From Nitrospirales bacterium (GTDB lineage: Bacteria; Nitrospirota; Nitrospiria; Nitrospirales; UBA8639): DNA of 64,000 bases. The notes under the pieces are model-generated. The model was given only the letters and a program-made list of their open reading frames with translations, did no database searches and had not been told where the DNA came from. Both the position numbers and the translations under genes were made by a program. This document shows, in pieces, positions 23,050 to 34,683 of this stretch (its first letter is position 1; every line of letters starts with the position of its first letter). The stretch covers positions 608,001-672,000 of the forward strand of contig OY729426.1 of assembly GCA_963422365.1 (NCBI GenBank), in the 5' to 3' direction.

Positions 23050-23310
23050 TCGTCATCCGTGTATGGATTTATTCATTCGTTGATAATTCCTGCTCCCCAA
23101 TGAAAGACCTTAGGGACAGACTTTCTGTGTGTCCTCACGTCCCCCCTCACCTCAACCTTCTCCCGCGTTAGGGAGAGGAAGGCATGAGGACGGATCCTCA
23201 ATTAAAAATGTCGGGCGTGACAGGAGAGGGAAGGCCGCATGAGATGCAGCGGCGACAAATGCCTCTACCTCCCCTCGCCCCTCCTTACAAAAGATACAAA
23301 AGAGGGGAAC
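23050..23310. repeat. Cluster of REP-like palindromic elements
   Basis: ccctcacctcaaccttctcccgcgttagggagagg; ggatcctc...cgggcgtgac; cccctccttacaaaa...gagggg. Confidence 0.55.
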
Positions 23311-23445
23311 CAAGGAAGGCGCGTTTGCAGGCCGCCTGCGGAGACTGCGGGTGTACGCCTTCGCAAGAGGGCGAGGACCCATTCTATTGCACCACTGAGA
23401 ACCCCTATGCTAGATTCGCCTCTCTTCACGTGAGGCTTCGCCGCA

Positions 23446-24657
23446 ATGCTGACTGAAGATCTGCAACAGCGTTCTGCCCGGACGATCATGGACACCTATG
23501 CCCGATTCCCCATTAGTCTGGTTCGGGGCAACGGGTGTAAGGTCTATGATGCCGAAGACAGGGAATATCTGGACTTTGTCGCCGGCATCGCGGTCAATGC
23601 GCTCGGGCATGGACATCCCAATCTGGTCACGGCCATCGAGCGACAAGCACGGCACCTCCTGCATACGTCGAATCTGTACTATTCCGAACCGCAAGTGCTG
23701 CTCGCCGAACGGTTGGTCGCGCATTCCTTTGCCCACAAAGTGTTCTTCTGTAACAGCGGGGCGGAGGCCAACGAAGCCGCCATCAAGCTCGCCCGCAAAT
23801 ATTCCGTTGAGCAATACGGTCCTGACCGTTACGAGATTATCACCATGAAACAGTCCTTTCATGGCCGGACACTGGCAACCTTGACCGCGACGGGCCAGGC
23901 CAAAGTTCAGCAAGGCTTTGCCCCACTTCCGCAAGGGTTCAAATATGCCGACTTTAACGACTTCTCCTCAATCGAACGCCACATGGATCAACGCACCGCG
24001 GCCGTGATGCTCGAACCGATACAAAGCGAGGGGGGCGTGGTGGTGGCCGAGACGGCGTTTTTGGAACAACTGCAGACACTCTGTCGCGATCGCGACGTCC
24101 TGTTGATTTTCGACGAGATTCAGACGGGAATGGGGAGAACCGGCACCCTCTTTGCATATGAACAGTATAATGTTCGGCCGGATATCATGACCCTGGCCAA
24201 GGGCCTAGGTGGCGGACTCCCCATCGGCGCGTGTTTAGCCATTGATGACGTGGCTCAAGCATTCGGTCCGGGGTCCCATGCTTCCACGTTTGGCGGGAAT
24301 CCCCTAGCCTGTGCCGGGGCCCTCGCCACGCTCAACACCTTGCTGGAAGACCGGCTTCTCGAACGCAGTCACGCAACGGGAGCCTATCTTCGCCAAGGGC
24401 TTCAAGCCCTGGAGAACCGATTGTCCTTGATTACGGCGGTTCGGGGCTTGGGTCTTTTACAAGGCATGGAACTCTCCATAGACGGGCAGCCGATCGTCCA
24501 AGACTGTTTAGCCCGGCGCATGTTGATCAATTGCACGATGGAGAACGTTCTCCGCTTCATGCCTCCGTTGATTGTGACCACTCGCGAGATTGATCGCTTA
24601 TTGGACGTGTTATCCGACGTGTTGAGGAAGCGACTCGAGTCGCTTCCTCGTTCATGA
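23446..24657 (+). CDS. argD: Acetylornithine aminotransferase
   Basis: NSGAEANE, FHGRT, FDEIQTG and AKGLGGG motifs; arg operon context. Confidence 0.93.
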   Translation: MLTEDLQQRSARTIMDTYARFPISLVRGNGCKVYDAEDREYLDFVAGIAVNALGHGHPNLVTAIERQARHLLHTSNLYYSEPQVLLAERLVAHSFAHKVFFCNSGAEANEAAIKLARKYSVEQYGPDRYEIITMKQSFHGRTLATLTATGQAKVQQGFAPLPQGFKYADFNDFSSIERHMDQRTAAVMLEPIQSEGGVVVAETAFLEQLQTLCRDRDVLLIFDEIQTGMGRTGTLFAYEQYNVRPDIMTLAKGLGGGLPIGACLAIDDVAQAFGPGSHASTFGGNPLACAGALATLNTLLEDRLLERSHATGAYLRQGLQALENRLSLITAVRGLGLLQGMELSIDGQPIVQDCLARRMLINCTMENVLRFMPPLIVTTREIDRLLDVLSDVLRKRLESLPRS

Positions 24658-25730
24658 AGACGTGCAAGGCTGATGTTTCACGCAAATCAATTCGGATCTC
24701 ATTCATGACCATGATGACCATGTTGGGACATTCCATTCCTGACCCAGGCGTGTCGGCAGCCACCCCTGCGACGGCACCGGACGGCTCGAAAGACTTGCTG
24801 ACCGTCGCCGCCATTCCCCGGAGCCAACTCTTTCGCCTGTTTCGTATTGCCCGAGAACTCAAGGCCACCCCGCGTCCCCGCCCAGCCGCTCAATGGCTTT
24901 CGGGATTGACGCTGGGCCTGATTTTCGAGAAACCCTCGACCCGCACACGGGTTTCCTTTGAAGCGGGCATGCATCAATTGGGAGGACAAGCCTTGTTCCT
25001 TCCCTCAGAAACCATCCAACTCAGCCGAGGGGAAAGTCTCGGTGATACCGCCTTGGTGCTTTCACGCTATCTTGACGGACTCGTGATTCGAACGTTTGAA
25101 CAGTCCGCATTGGAAGAATGGGCTCGATATGCCACCATTCCGGTCATCAACGGATTGACGGACCGGTGTCATCCCTGTCAGGCCCTGGCCGACCTTTTCA
25201 CCCTTATGGAAGTCAAAGGGGCTTTCGCCAAGGGATCGTTCGAGGGACTCAAACTGGCGTACGTCGGGGACGGAAACAATATTGCAAATTCCCTCATTGA
25301 AGCCGGGGCGAAAGTGGGGATCCACATTGCGATTGGATGCCCTCCTCACTACCAACCCGATCCCGGCATTGTCGAACGAAGCCGCGAAGAAGCCGCCCAA
25401 ACGGGCGCGACCATAGACATAGTCCATGATCCCGACATCGCCGTTGAGAATGCCGATGCCCTCTATACCGATGTCTGGACGAGCATGGGACAAGAGCACG
25501 AACAAACCGAACGCGTGAAGGCCCTGGCCCCCTACCAATTAAACGAACGACTGCTCCGCCGAGCCAAACCGTCGGCGAGTGTGTTGCATTGCTTGCCGGC
25601 CCACAGGGGTGAGGAAATTACGGCAGCGGTCCTGGACGGTCCTCAATCAGTGGTCCTTCGGCAAGCGGAAAATCGTCTTCACATTCAAAAAGCGATCTTA
25701 ACGGAGTGGCTCGGGCGGCCCTGGCTTTGA
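24654..25730 (+). CDS. argF: Ornithine carbamoyltransferase (true start may be downstream)
   Basis: STRTR, HPCQ and HCLP motifs. Confidence 0.95.
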   Translation: MKTCKADVSRKSIRISFMTMMTMLGHSIPDPGVSAATPATAPDGSKDLLTVAAIPRSQLFRLFRIARELKATPRPRPAAQWLSGLTLGLIFEKPSTRTRVSFEAGMHQLGGQALFLPSETIQLSRGESLGDTALVLSRYLDGLVIRTFEQSALEEWARYATIPVINGLTDRCHPCQALADLFTLMEVKGAFAKGSFEGLKLAYVGDGNNIANSLIEAGAKVGIHIAIGCPPHYQPDPGIVERSREEAAQTGATIDIVHDPDIAVENADALYTDVWTSMGQEHEQTERVKALAPYQLNERLLRRAKPSASVLHCLPAHRGEEITAAVLDGPQSVVLRQAENRLHIQKAILTEWLGRPWL

Positions 25731-25759
25731 GGCCCTCACGCTCGACATCCTGCACCACC

Positions 25760-27019
25760 ATGCCAGCGCGCTCACCACAAAAGATCAAGAAAGTCGTCCT
25801 CGCCTATTCCGGGGGGCTTGACACCTCGGTAATCTTGCACTGGCTCCGAACGGAACATGATGCCGACGTCATCGCCTTTTGTGCGGACCTCGGCCAAGGC
25901 GAAAATCTCCACGCCATCAAGAACAAAGCGCTGGCCGTCGGGGCTTCAAAAGTCTACGTGGAGGATCTCCGAGAAACGTTCGTCAAAGACTATGTCTTTC
26001 CCATGCTTCGGGCCAATGCCGTGTACGAGGGCTGTTATTTATTGGGCACCTCGATTGCACGTCCGTTGATTGCCCGGCGTCAGATTGAGATTGCACAAAA
26101 AGAAAACGCCCAGGCGGTGAGTCATGGAGCCACTGGAAAAGGGAACGACCAAGTCCGGTTTGAACTTACGTATATGGCCATGAATCCCGACATCGCCATC
26201 ATTGCTCCGTGGCGGGAATGGTCGTTTCAATCTCGTGGCGAGTTGATTCGGTTTGCCCGAAAACATCGGATTCCCGTGACCGCCACCAAGGCCAAACCCT
26301 ATAGCATGGATCTGAATCTGTTTCACGTGAGTTACGAAGGAGGGATTCTCGAAGATCCCTGGAGAGCCCCGCCCGAATCCATCTTTCAGATGACGGTCTC
26401 ACCGGAACGCGCACCTGACAAGCCTCAAGAAATTGAAATCTCTTTTGAGCGCGGCGATCCGGTTGCGGTGAATGGCCGACGCCTGTCCCCGGCCAACCTC
26501 CTCACCCGTCTCAATCGGCTGGGGGGGCAACACGGCATCGGACGGGTGGATCTCGTGGAAAACCGCTACGTGGGCATCAAGTCACGCGGCGTCTATGAAA
26601 CGCCTGGAGGAACGATCCTTCATGTGGCCCACCGCGGCATAGAATCATTGACCATGGACCGAGAAGTGCTCCATCTCCGTGATAGCTTGATTTCACAGTA
26701 TGCGGAACTCGTGTATTATGGATATTGGGTTGCCCCGGAACGCATGATGCTGCAAAAGGTCATGGATGAAGCCCAACGCACGGTGAACGGCACAGTGCGG
26801 CTCAAATTGTACAAGGGAAACTGCACGGTCACGGGCCGCCAATCTGATTGGTCGCTCTATCGAGAAGATCTCGCGACCTTCGAACAAGACCAAGGGTATC
26901 ACCAACAGGATGCCGAGGGGTTTATCCGGCTCAATGCCTTGCGCTTAGCGATTCTCCAATCTCAGGGAACGCCGCGTTCCCGAGGAACTTCCCGTCAAAA
27001 GGCGCCTCGATCGAAATGA
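25760..27019 (+). CDS. argG: Argininosuccinate synthase
   Basis: [19 protein letters not shown] and SRGVYETPG motifs. Confidence 0.97.
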   Translation: MPARSPQKIKKVVLAYSGGLDTSVILHWLRTEHDADVIAFCADLGQGENLHAIKNKALAVGASKVYVEDLRETFVKDYVFPMLRANAVYEGCYLLGTSIARPLIARRQIEIAQKENAQAVSHGATGKGNDQVRFELTYMAMNPDIAIIAPWREWSFQSRGELIRFARKHRIPVTATKAKPYSMDLNLFHVSYEGGILEDPWRAPPESIFQMTVSPERAPDKPQEIEISFERGDPVAVNGRRLSPANLLTRLNRLGGQHGIGRVDLVENRYVGIKSRGVYETPGGTILHVAHRGIESLTMDREVLHLRDSLISQYAELVYYGYWVAPERMMLQKVMDEAQRTVNGTVRLKLYKGNCTVTGRQSDWSLYREDLATFEQDQGYHQQDAEGFIRLNALRLAILQSQGTPRSRGTSRQKAPRSK

Positions 27020-28503
27020 AATCCAGCACACGGGCATCCCGTCGCTCTCATCCAACAGGAACAACTCGTTCCAACCGCCGAACGGCACCCCCTGCCAAAC
27101 AGGCGACGAGCGCTCCTCCAAAAGCCTGGACCGGTCGACTCGCCGAACCAACACATGAATTGGTCGAGCGGTTTACGTCCTCTCTACCCTTCGATCAACA
27201 CTTGTTCGAATATGACATTCTGGGCAGTCTCGCCCATTGCCAGAGCCTGGAAAAAGCCAAGGTCCTGACCCGTGCGGAATGTCGCTCCCTGATGCGTGGG
27301 CTCGAACAAGTTCGAGAGGAGCTTCGTGACAATCGGTTCCCCTTCGCGGTTTCGGATGAAGACATTCATATGGCGGTGGAGCGTCGGGTCACAGAACTCG
27401 CAGGCCCCGTGGGTGGGAAGCTCCATACCGGTCGGAGCCGGAACGATCAAGTCACGCTCGATCTCCGGTTGTATCTGCGAGATCACCTTCAGACGTTGCA
27501 GATGCGCCTGCAAGGACTGCAACTGGCATTCCTCGGACAAGCCCGGCAGCATCTCGACGTGATTATTCCGGGGTATACCCACCTCCAACGGGCCCAACCC
27601 GTCTCGCTTGCCCATCATTTTCTGGCATACGTGGAAATGTTGGAACGAGACCACGCACGCGCGCGAGACGCCTGCACACGCGTGAACGTGATGCCCCTCG
27701 GTTCAGGCGCACTGGCCGGCAACAATTATCCGATCGATCGGGCATTCACCGCGAAGCTGCTGGAGTTCCCCGCGCTGACCCAAAATAGTTTGGACGGGGT
27801 CTCGGACCGAGATTACGTGGCAGAAATTCTCAGTGTGCTGGCGATCATCATGATGCACCTGTCTCGGTTGAGTGAAGAACTCGTCTTGTGGGCATCATAT
27901 GAATTTTCCTTTGTCGACCTTCCTGACGGCTTTTGTACCGGAAGCAGTATGATGCCCCAGAAAAAAAACCCTGATGTACCTGAACTGATTCGTGGCAAAA
28001 CCGGGCGAGTCTATGGTCATCTGCTTTCGATCATGACGACCCTCAAAGGACTTCCGCTGAGTTATAATCGAGACCTGCAAGAAGATAAAGAACCCCTTTT
28101 TGATGCCATGGAAACTGTGATAGACTGTCTGACGGTCTATGCTGAACTGATCCGGCGTCTTCGAATCCGTCAAGACGTTCTCTCAGGAACCGTGGGATCG
28201 GGATTTCTCCTAGCCACCGAGATGGCTGACTATCTGGTCAAAAAAGGGGTCCCCTTTCGAGAAGCCCATCGTCTTGTTGGACAAGTGGTTCGGTATTGTC
28301 TTGAGCACCAGATGGAATGGCATGATCTCTCGTTAGCCGCTCTCAAAACCGTGTCTCCGCATTTTTCCAAAGACGCGCTGTTGGTTCTGACCCTCGAAGG
28401 GGCCATTGACCGGAAAGCCCAGATTGGGGGCACGTCACGAAAACAGGTGACCCGGCAAATAAACGCATGGGAATCGCGCCTCGCCAAGAAATCGAAAGCC
28501 TAG
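27016..28503 (+). CDS. argH: Argininosuccinate lyase
   Basis: HTGRSRNDQ and [12 protein letters not shown] motifs. Confidence 0.97.
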   Translation: MKSSTRASRRSHPTGTTRSNRRTAPPAKQATSAPPKAWTGRLAEPTHELVERFTSSLPFDQHLFEYDILGSLAHCQSLEKAKVLTRAECRSLMRGLEQVREELRDNRFPFAVSDEDIHMAVERRVTELAGPVGGKLHTGRSRNDQVTLDLRLYLRDHLQTLQMRLQGLQLAFLGQARQHLDVIIPGYTHLQRAQPVSLAHHFLAYVEMLERDHARARDACTRVNVMPLGSGALAGNNYPIDRAFTAKLLEFPALTQNSLDGVSDRDYVAEILSVLAIIMMHLSRLSEELVLWASYEFSFVDLPDGFCTGSSMMPQKKNPDVPELIRGKTGRVYGHLLSIMTTLKGLPLSYNRDLQEDKEPLFDAMETVIDCLTVYAELIRRLRIRQDVLSGTVGSGFLLATEMADYLVKKGVPFREAHRLVGQVVRYCLEHQMEWHDLSLAALKTVSPHFSKDALLVLTLEGAIDRKAQIGGTSRKQVTRQINAWESRLAKKSKA

Positions 28504-28505
28504 AG

Positions 28506-28775
28506 ATGTTAAGCCATTCTCCAGTCCGACGTCTCGCGTTTCGACAACCGGGGCACGCTTGGACCATCGTATTGATCGGCATGCTTTTTTCGTTTACAGC
28601 GGGCTGTGGGGTGGTGGCGGCCCCCATTGCCCCGGAAGATATCGGCATTGAAGCCAAAGTCCGGGCCCAAGAACAAGCCGAAAAACAGCGCTCGACTCCG
28701 GAGAGGACGCCGATCTCCCCGACGCAGGAGTCGGAAATCGTGCTGCCCCCTCTTCGACCCATCGGAACCCAATAG
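28506..28775 (+). CDS. Small lipoprotein
   Basis: Hydrophobic signal followed by TAGC lipobox; operon position. Confidence 0.65.
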   Translation: MLSHSPVRRLAFRQPGHAWTIVLIGMLFSFTAGCGVVAAPIAPEDIGIEAKVRAQEQAEKQRSTPERTPISPTQESEIVLPPLRPIGTQ

Positions 28776-28859
28776 CGAGCCTTGAGCAAGGCAACGTGAT
28801 TCGGATACGTTGTCACAACGTTTAACCTGTTGATTCGACGATATAAGGGAGATTGTTCC

Positions 28860-30737
28860 ATGGCCGCACACGCAGATCACGATCAGGCTCGGACGTTACT
28901 TCTTCTCGATCCCTACCCAAGGAACAATCCGTATCGCATGACCGCGAGCGAGCGACGCTCCATTTGGTTTCCAAAACTCAGTTTACCCGTGATTGCCGCC
29001 TACACCCCGCACACCTGGGACGTGCAGCTCGTCGATGAGGCGGTCCAAACCATCGACTTTGACCAACCCTGTGACTTGGTTGGCATCTCCGTGATGACCT
29101 GCTATGCCCCAAGAGCCTATGAACTCGCCCTGGAATTTCGCAAACGTGGCAAAACCGTCGTCCTCGGTGGGGTCCACCCCACCTATTGTCCTGAAGAAGC
29201 GCTGCAATATTGCGATACCATCGTGTGTGGGGAAGCCGAAGACCTGTGGCCACACGTCATGGCGGACTTCGAGGCCGGAGAGATGAAACGCATCTATCGG
29301 ATGGAGCAATTTCCCGCGCTGGATCACTACCGGGCTCCGCAGATCCAACTCCTCAGTCCGGATGCCTATATGACCCGGCATTGTACGTTCACAACACGCG
29401 GCTGCCATTTCGATTGTGAGTTTTGTAGCGTGTCGCCCTTTAATGGGAAAACCACCAGACGGCGTCCCGTGCCGGAAGTCATCGAAGAAATGAAGCGCGT
29501 CAAAGAATGGATACGAGCCGAGGTGGTCGAGCGCATGACGAAAGGATCATTACGGGAGGCCGTGGCCATCGCGGCAAAAATTTGGGTGGGCCTCGAAGAA
29601 GGATCGATCGTGGCATTTGTGGACGACCTGCACAACAGTCACCGGGCTTATTGCCGAGAATTGTGGCAGGCCATGAAACCCTTGAACATTAAATGGGGAT
29701 GCCAGTCCACCCTGTTTTTAGGGGATGATCAGGAGATGGTCAAATTAGCGGCCGACAGTGGATGCGTCTCGGTCTTTGTGGGAATGGAATCGATCTCCGA
29801 GCATTCCTTGGTCGAAACCAAGAAAGGCTTCAACCAAGTCAGAAAATTCGAAGACCAGATTAAAATGTTTCACGACCATGGCATCATGGTGAATCCAGGC
29901 ATGGTGTTCGGGTTTGATAATGATGATGAATCCGTCTTTGAAACCACGCTGAATTTTCTCATTCGCAATCGCGTGGAATTGGCGTATTTCAACATCTTGA
30001 CGCCTCTACCCGGAACCGCCTTGCATGAACGGTATACGCGCGAAGGTCGGATCTTCGATCGAGACTGGGCGAAATACGATGGGAAACACGTGGTGTTTCA
30101 CCCAAAACGGATGACATCGGAACAACTGCAGGAAGGATTTTTTTGGGTCAATCATCAGTTCTATTCGTTGGGATCCATTTGGAATCGACTCCGGCATACC
30201 AGCCAACGCCTGGTCCCCCGTATCGAAATGAATTACGAATTCCGAAAGCTCATCAAGCGATCCTGTCCTCAGGGAACACTTTCTCCTCTTGCAGCCGTCC
30301 TCAAGGATCTTCAGGCGAAACTCCCCACCATGGACACCAGCTTGCTCATTCCCAACGCGTTACTCACGATCAAGCAAACGATCCCCGTGAACCCGCAGGA
30401 TTTGTTTCTCAAAATCAAGGGCCGACGCCACGATGCGTCCGTGGCGTTATTTATCGACCTGGAGGGAACACTGGATCATTTGAATGCCCAGGAACTCCTG
30501 AACCGCATCAAAGATGCCGCGCAAAAAGCCAGGATGGACATTGTCGTCAACTTTGAACATCTTCGGCAGGCCACCCCCAAGGCGATTCAGATGCTCTTGG
30601 ATCAAGACGTGCTCCAGGCGGTCACTCCCTATGCGAAGCTGCGCTATCGTAAATTGAAAGATGCCTTTCATTCCGCGTTAGAAGGGTTAACACTCTTTGA
30701 CCCCGAACTGTTGGAAGAGCTGCCGCACGATGCATGA
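28860..30737 (+). CDS. B12-binding radical SAM protein with C-terminal STAS-like extension
   Basis: VLGGVHPT; TRGCHFDCEFCS (CxxxCxxC); DLEGTLDHLNA. Confidence 0.88.
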   Translation: MAAHADHDQARTLLLLDPYPRNNPYRMTASERRSIWFPKLSLPVIAAYTPHTWDVQLVDEAVQTIDFDQPCDLVGISVMTCYAPRAYELALEFRKRGKTVVLGGVHPTYCPEEALQYCDTIVCGEAEDLWPHVMADFEAGEMKRIYRMEQFPALDHYRAPQIQLLSPDAYMTRHCTFTTRGCHFDCEFCSVSPFNGKTTRRRPVPEVIEEMKRVKEWIRAEVVERMTKGSLREAVAIAAKIWVGLEEGSIVAFVDDLHNSHRAYCRELWQAMKPLNIKWGCQSTLFLGDDQEMVKLAADSGCVSVFVGMESISEHSLVETKKGFNQVRKFEDQIKMFHDHGIMVNPGMVFGFDNDDESVFETTLNFLIRNRVELAYFNILTPLPGTALHERYTREGRIFDRDWAKYDGKHVVFHPKRMTSEQLQEGFFWVNHQFYSLGSIWNRLRHTSQRLVPRIEMNYEFRKLIKRSCPQGTLSPLAAVLKDLQAKLPTMDTSLLIPNALLTIKQTIPVNPQDLFLKIKGRRHDASVALFIDLEGTLDHLNAQELLNRIKDAAQKARMDIVVNFEHLRQATPKAIQMLLDQDVLQAVTPYAKLRYRKLKDAFHSALEGLTLFDPELLEELPHDA

Positions 30738-31998
30738 TTTTCACTATCACCATGATTCGCTTTTCTGTGAAGACATTCCTCTCGAACGCTTGGCCAAGGA
30801 ACAGGGCACACCCTGCTATCTCTACAGCCATGCGACGCTGACTCGGCACTTCCACGCCTTTGACCGGGCCTTCTCTTCGGTTCCCCATCTCATCGCGTTT
30901 GCCATGAAAGCCAATTCAAACCTGGCCATTCTTCGGCTCATGGCGTCGCAAGGAAGCGGGGCCGACATTGTATCGGGAGGCGAATTATTTCGCGCGTTAC
31001 AAGCCGGCATCGCCCCCAGCAAGATCGTGTTTGCCGGCGTTGGAAAAAGTTACGAAGAAATTGCCTATGCCCTCGACTCCGACATTCTGTTGTTCAACGT
31101 GGAATCGTCTGCTGAACTTCAGGTCATCAATGAAGTGGCGAGGGGGAAAAGGAAACACGCGCGAGTGGCGCTTCGGGTCAATCCGGACATCGACCCCAAT
31201 ACCCATCCGTATATCTCGACGGGACTGAAAAAAAGTAAATTCGGGATCGGTGCGGACCGGGCGGTAGAGGAATTCACAAAGGCGGTGTCACTCTCCAATA
31301 TCCAGGTCATCGGGGTGCATGCCCACATCGGCTCTCAACTGATTCAACTCAGTCCCTTTGTCGAGTCGCTGAAAAAGGTGTTGGTGCTTATTGAGACCTT
31401 GAAAGCCCAGGGCATTCCGATTCGGTATCTCAACATAGGCGGAGGGCTCGGCATTACCTATTCGAACGAAACGCCGCCGCATCCCCAGGAGTTCGCCGAA
31501 GCCATCACGCCGCTGCTGAAGGAAGCCCAATGCGAAATCATTCTGGAACCCGGCCGGGTGATTGTGGGAAACGCCGGCATTTTGTTGACCCGGGTCCTCT
31601 ATCGAAAAGAGACCGGCACGAAAACCTTTGCCATTGTGGATGCGGCGATGAACGATTTGCTGCGGCCCAGCCTGTACCAAGCCCATCACGACATCTTGCC
31701 GGTTCACCAGGTTCCGAATGCATCGGAAGAGGTATTTGACGTGGTAGGGCCTATTTGCGAATCCGGGGACTTTCTCGCCCAAAACCGAACCCTGCCCTCT
31801 GTCAAAGCCGGCGATCTCCTAGCGGTGATGTCTGCGGGAGCCTACGGTTTCACCATGGCTTCGAATTATAATTCAAGACCGCGGGTTTCAGAAATTCTGG
31901 TGAAGGGCGGAGAAAGTTTCGTGATTCGGGAACGGGAGACGTTTGAGGATCTGATTCGTGGGGAACGTATCCCTGCGTTTCTTGATGCAGAGTCGTAA
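30730..31998 (+). CDS. lysA: Diaminopimelate decarboxylase
   Basis: AMKANSN, HIGSQ, EPGR and GPICESGD motifs. Confidence 0.96.
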   Translation: MHDFHYHHDSLFCEDIPLERLAKEQGTPCYLYSHATLTRHFHAFDRAFSSVPHLIAFAMKANSNLAILRLMASQGSGADIVSGGELFRALQAGIAPSKIVFAGVGKSYEEIAYALDSDILLFNVESSAELQVINEVARGKRKHARVALRVNPDIDPNTHPYISTGLKKSKFGIGADRAVEEFTKAVSLSNIQVIGVHAHIGSQLIQLSPFVESLKKVLVLIETLKAQGIPIRYLNIGGGLGITYSNETPPHPQEFAEAITPLLKEAQCEIILEPGRVIVGNAGILLTRVLYRKETGTKTFAIVDAAMNDLLRPSLYQAHHDILPVHQVPNASEEVFDVVGPICESGDFLAQNRTLPSVKAGDLLAVMSAGAYGFTMASNYNSRPRVSEILVKGGESFVIRERETFEDLIRGERIPAFLDAES

Positions 31999-32058
31999 AC
32001 ACGGATTGAGTCAACGGCAATCCGTTCGTCACAATTATTTTTCACTAAAGGACGCCTG

Positions 32059-32931
32059 ATGTTTTCCGGATCTCTCGTTGCGATCGTCACGCCGTTTCAG
32101 CACGACGCGTTCGACGAACAATCGTATAGCGAGTTAATCGAGTTTCAGATTGCCAACGGCACGCACGGCATCGTTCCATGTGGCACCACCGGCGAATCCG
32201 CCACGCTCTCGCACAAGGAGCACGAGCGCGTCGTGGCGTTGACGGTCGAAGTCGTCAATCGACGTGTCTCGGTCATTGCCGGCACCGGATCCAACGCCAC
32301 GGACGAGGCAATTGCCTTTACCAAACACGCCAAACACGCCGGGGCAGACGGCGCGCTGCTGATTACGCCCTATTACAATAAACCCACGCAGGCAGGCCTG
32401 TATCAACATTATGCGGCCGTGGCCCAAGCGGTCGACCTTCCACTGATTCTCTACAACATTCCGGGGCGCACCAGCGTGAACATGACACCAGCCACTATTG
32501 CGCGCATCGCCAAACTCACCAACGTGGTGGGGATCAAAGAAGGCAGCGGGTCGTTAGGGCAGGTCTCCGAGATCATACACCAATGCGGCGACGATTTGAC
32601 CGTGCTCTCCGGAGATGATCCGCTGACCCTTCCCATGATGGCGCTGGGCGCCAAAGGGGTGATTACGGTGACCGCCAACGTGGCGCCGAAAGACATGGCC
32701 GCCATGGTGAATGCAGCCCTGGCAGGGAACTTTGCCGAAGCGCGCTCCTATCATTTTAAACTCGCCCCCTTGTTCGGGGCCTTGTTCTATGAGACCAACC
32801 CCATTCCGGTCAAAGAAGCCTTGGCCATGATGAACAAAATCGAACCCGAACTCCGACTCCCTCTCACCCGGTTGTCTGCCGACAACCGGGAACGGCTTCG
32901 TTGCGTCATGAACGACATGGGGTTGATCTAA
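32059..32931 (+). CDS. dapA: 4-hydroxy-tetrahydrodipicolinate synthase
   Basis: GTTGES, YNIPGRT and GIKE motifs. Confidence 0.96.
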   Translation: MFSGSLVAIVTPFQHDAFDEQSYSELIEFQIANGTHGIVPCGTTGESATLSHKEHERVVALTVEVVNRRVSVIAGTGSNATDEAIAFTKHAKHAGADGALLITPYYNKPTQAGLYQHYAAVAQAVDLPLILYNIPGRTSVNMTPATIARIAKLTNVVGIKEGSGSLGQVSEIIHQCGDDLTVLSGDDPLTLPMMALGAKGVITVTANVAPKDMAAMVNAALAGNFAEARSYHFKLAPLFGALFYETNPIPVKEALAMMNKIEPELRLPLTRLSADNRERLRCVMNDMGLI

Positions 32932-32935
32932 ATCC

Positions 32936-33760
32936 ATGGCTTCCCCAACCAACGTCGTCATCACCGGCGCCGCCGGCCGAATGGGGAAACGGCTGGTTTC
33001 CCTTGTCAAAGCATCGTCTCGTCTGCAACTGAGCGGAGCCATTGAAGCCCAAAGACACCCGGCCCTGGGAACAGATGCCGGAGAGTTGGCAGGGTGTGGA
33101 CGCCTCGACGTTTCCGTGACCGACGATCTCGCCACGGTGTTGCCCCAAGCCGACGTCGTGGTTGATTTCACCGCGCCGCCGTCCACGTTGACCCATTTGT
33201 CGCAAGTGGTCCGGCACAAACGCGCCATCGTCATCGGCACCACGGGATTTTCGCTCGACGAAATGCATCAACTGCGTCGGCACGCCGAGTCCATCCCCTG
33301 CGTACACGCTCCCAACATGAGCATGGGCATCAACGTGTTGCTCCAGATGATCGGAACCGTGGCCCAAGCCCTCGGCGACGACTATGATCTCGAAATTGTT
33401 GAGGCTCATCACAACAAGAAAAAAGACGCGCCAAGCGGCACCGCGTTGAAATTAGCGGAAGCCTTGGCCGCGGCCAAAGGCTGGGACCTGGAACAAACCG
33501 GAGTCTATGCCCGGCACGGAATGACCGGGGAACGACCCCAGCACGCCATCGGCATCCAGACGGTTCGAGCCGGTGATATCGTGGGCGATCATACCGTACT
33601 CTATGGTGGGCCAGGAGAACGGATCGAGATCACGCATCGCGCCCATAATCGAGACCCATTTGCGCAAGGGGCCTTGCGCGCCGCAGAATGGGTGGTGAGT
33701 CAGCCGCCGGGGTTGTACGGTATGGCTGACGTGCTCGGGTTATCTTGCAACGCTCGATGA
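32936..33760 (+). CDS. dapB: 4-hydroxy-tetrahydrodipicolinate reductase
   Basis: GAAGRMG and EAHHNKKKDAPSGTA motifs. Confidence 0.96.
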   Translation: MASPTNVVITGAAGRMGKRLVSLVKASSRLQLSGAIEAQRHPALGTDAGELAGCGRLDVSVTDDLATVLPQADVVVDFTAPPSTLTHLSQVVRHKRAIVIGTTGFSLDEMHQLRRHAESIPCVHAPNMSMGINVLLQMIGTVAQALGDDYDLEIVEAHHNKKKDAPSGTALKLAEALAAAKGWDLEQTGVYARHGMTGERPQHAIGIQTVRAGDIVGDHTVLYGGPGERIEITHRAHNRDPFAQGALRAAEWVVSQPPGLYGMADVLGLSCNAR

Positions 33761-33835
33761 GATGCTCAAATCTGGCACATAGTTGAACGTGGAGCAGCGC
33801 AGAAACTGCACAAAAAGTTTCTGGGATAACGAACC

Positions 33836-34669
33836 GTGATCTTGAAACTTCTTGCAGGCCTCTTCAAAAAAGCGAGAGCCGTTGACTCTGACGAAACTTC
33901 TGTGCCGTTGCCTGACTTGACGACGGATGCTCCAATGCCCAAGCCCGGGCTGGCACGGTCACACCATGAATCTCCGAAGGGTCGCAATGTAGCATACACC
34001 AAAACCATCTTGTGCTTGGCCAATTCACGGAAGCACGGTGGCCACTGTCTCGCCGGCAAGGAGATTCGGGCGGACGGGCAAATCGGCGGCTGGATTCGCC
34101 CGGTACGCGATCGGGAATACGAGGAAATATCGGAATCCGAGAGACAGTACGAAGATGGAAGCGCCCCGCGAGTGTTGGACGTTATTGACGTGCCGTTACT
34201 CGATGCGCGGCCCAAGGATTATCAGCAGGAAAATTGGCTGCTTGATCCGGAGCGTCATTGGCATACGGTTCGCCGTTTCCAGTGTGATGATCTGGCCCAA
34301 TTCACCGACAAGGTCGTACCACTGTGGAATAACGGATATAGCACAGCCAACGGATGGAATAACCGAATAGCGTACTCTGTCGCCTCCTCCCTAGACCGTT
34401 CGTTGCGTCTCATCAAAGTGAACAGGCTTGAACTGTTTGTATCCCGACCAGGAAATGATTTCGGCAACTACCGGCAAAGCGTACAGTGACGTTTTCAATA
34501 TGGCGGATCGGATTACTGGTTGCGCGTCACCGACCCTGATTACGAGCGGCAGTATAAACAAAAAGACGATGGTCGTTACCAGATTGGAGAATGTTTTCTC
34601 GCCATAAGCCTCGGCGAGCCTTTTGGCGGCTACGCTGACAAACTCATCGCCGCCATCATCGAATCCTGA
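33836..34669 (+). pseudogene. Dual-OB-domain protein with premature stop
   Basis: CLANSRKHGGHCLAG...WIRPV...QQENW; TGA at 34487, then in-frame LRVTDP...SLGEPF...KLIAAII*. Confidence 0.75.
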
Positions 34670-34683
34670 CGGAGACATGCGTT

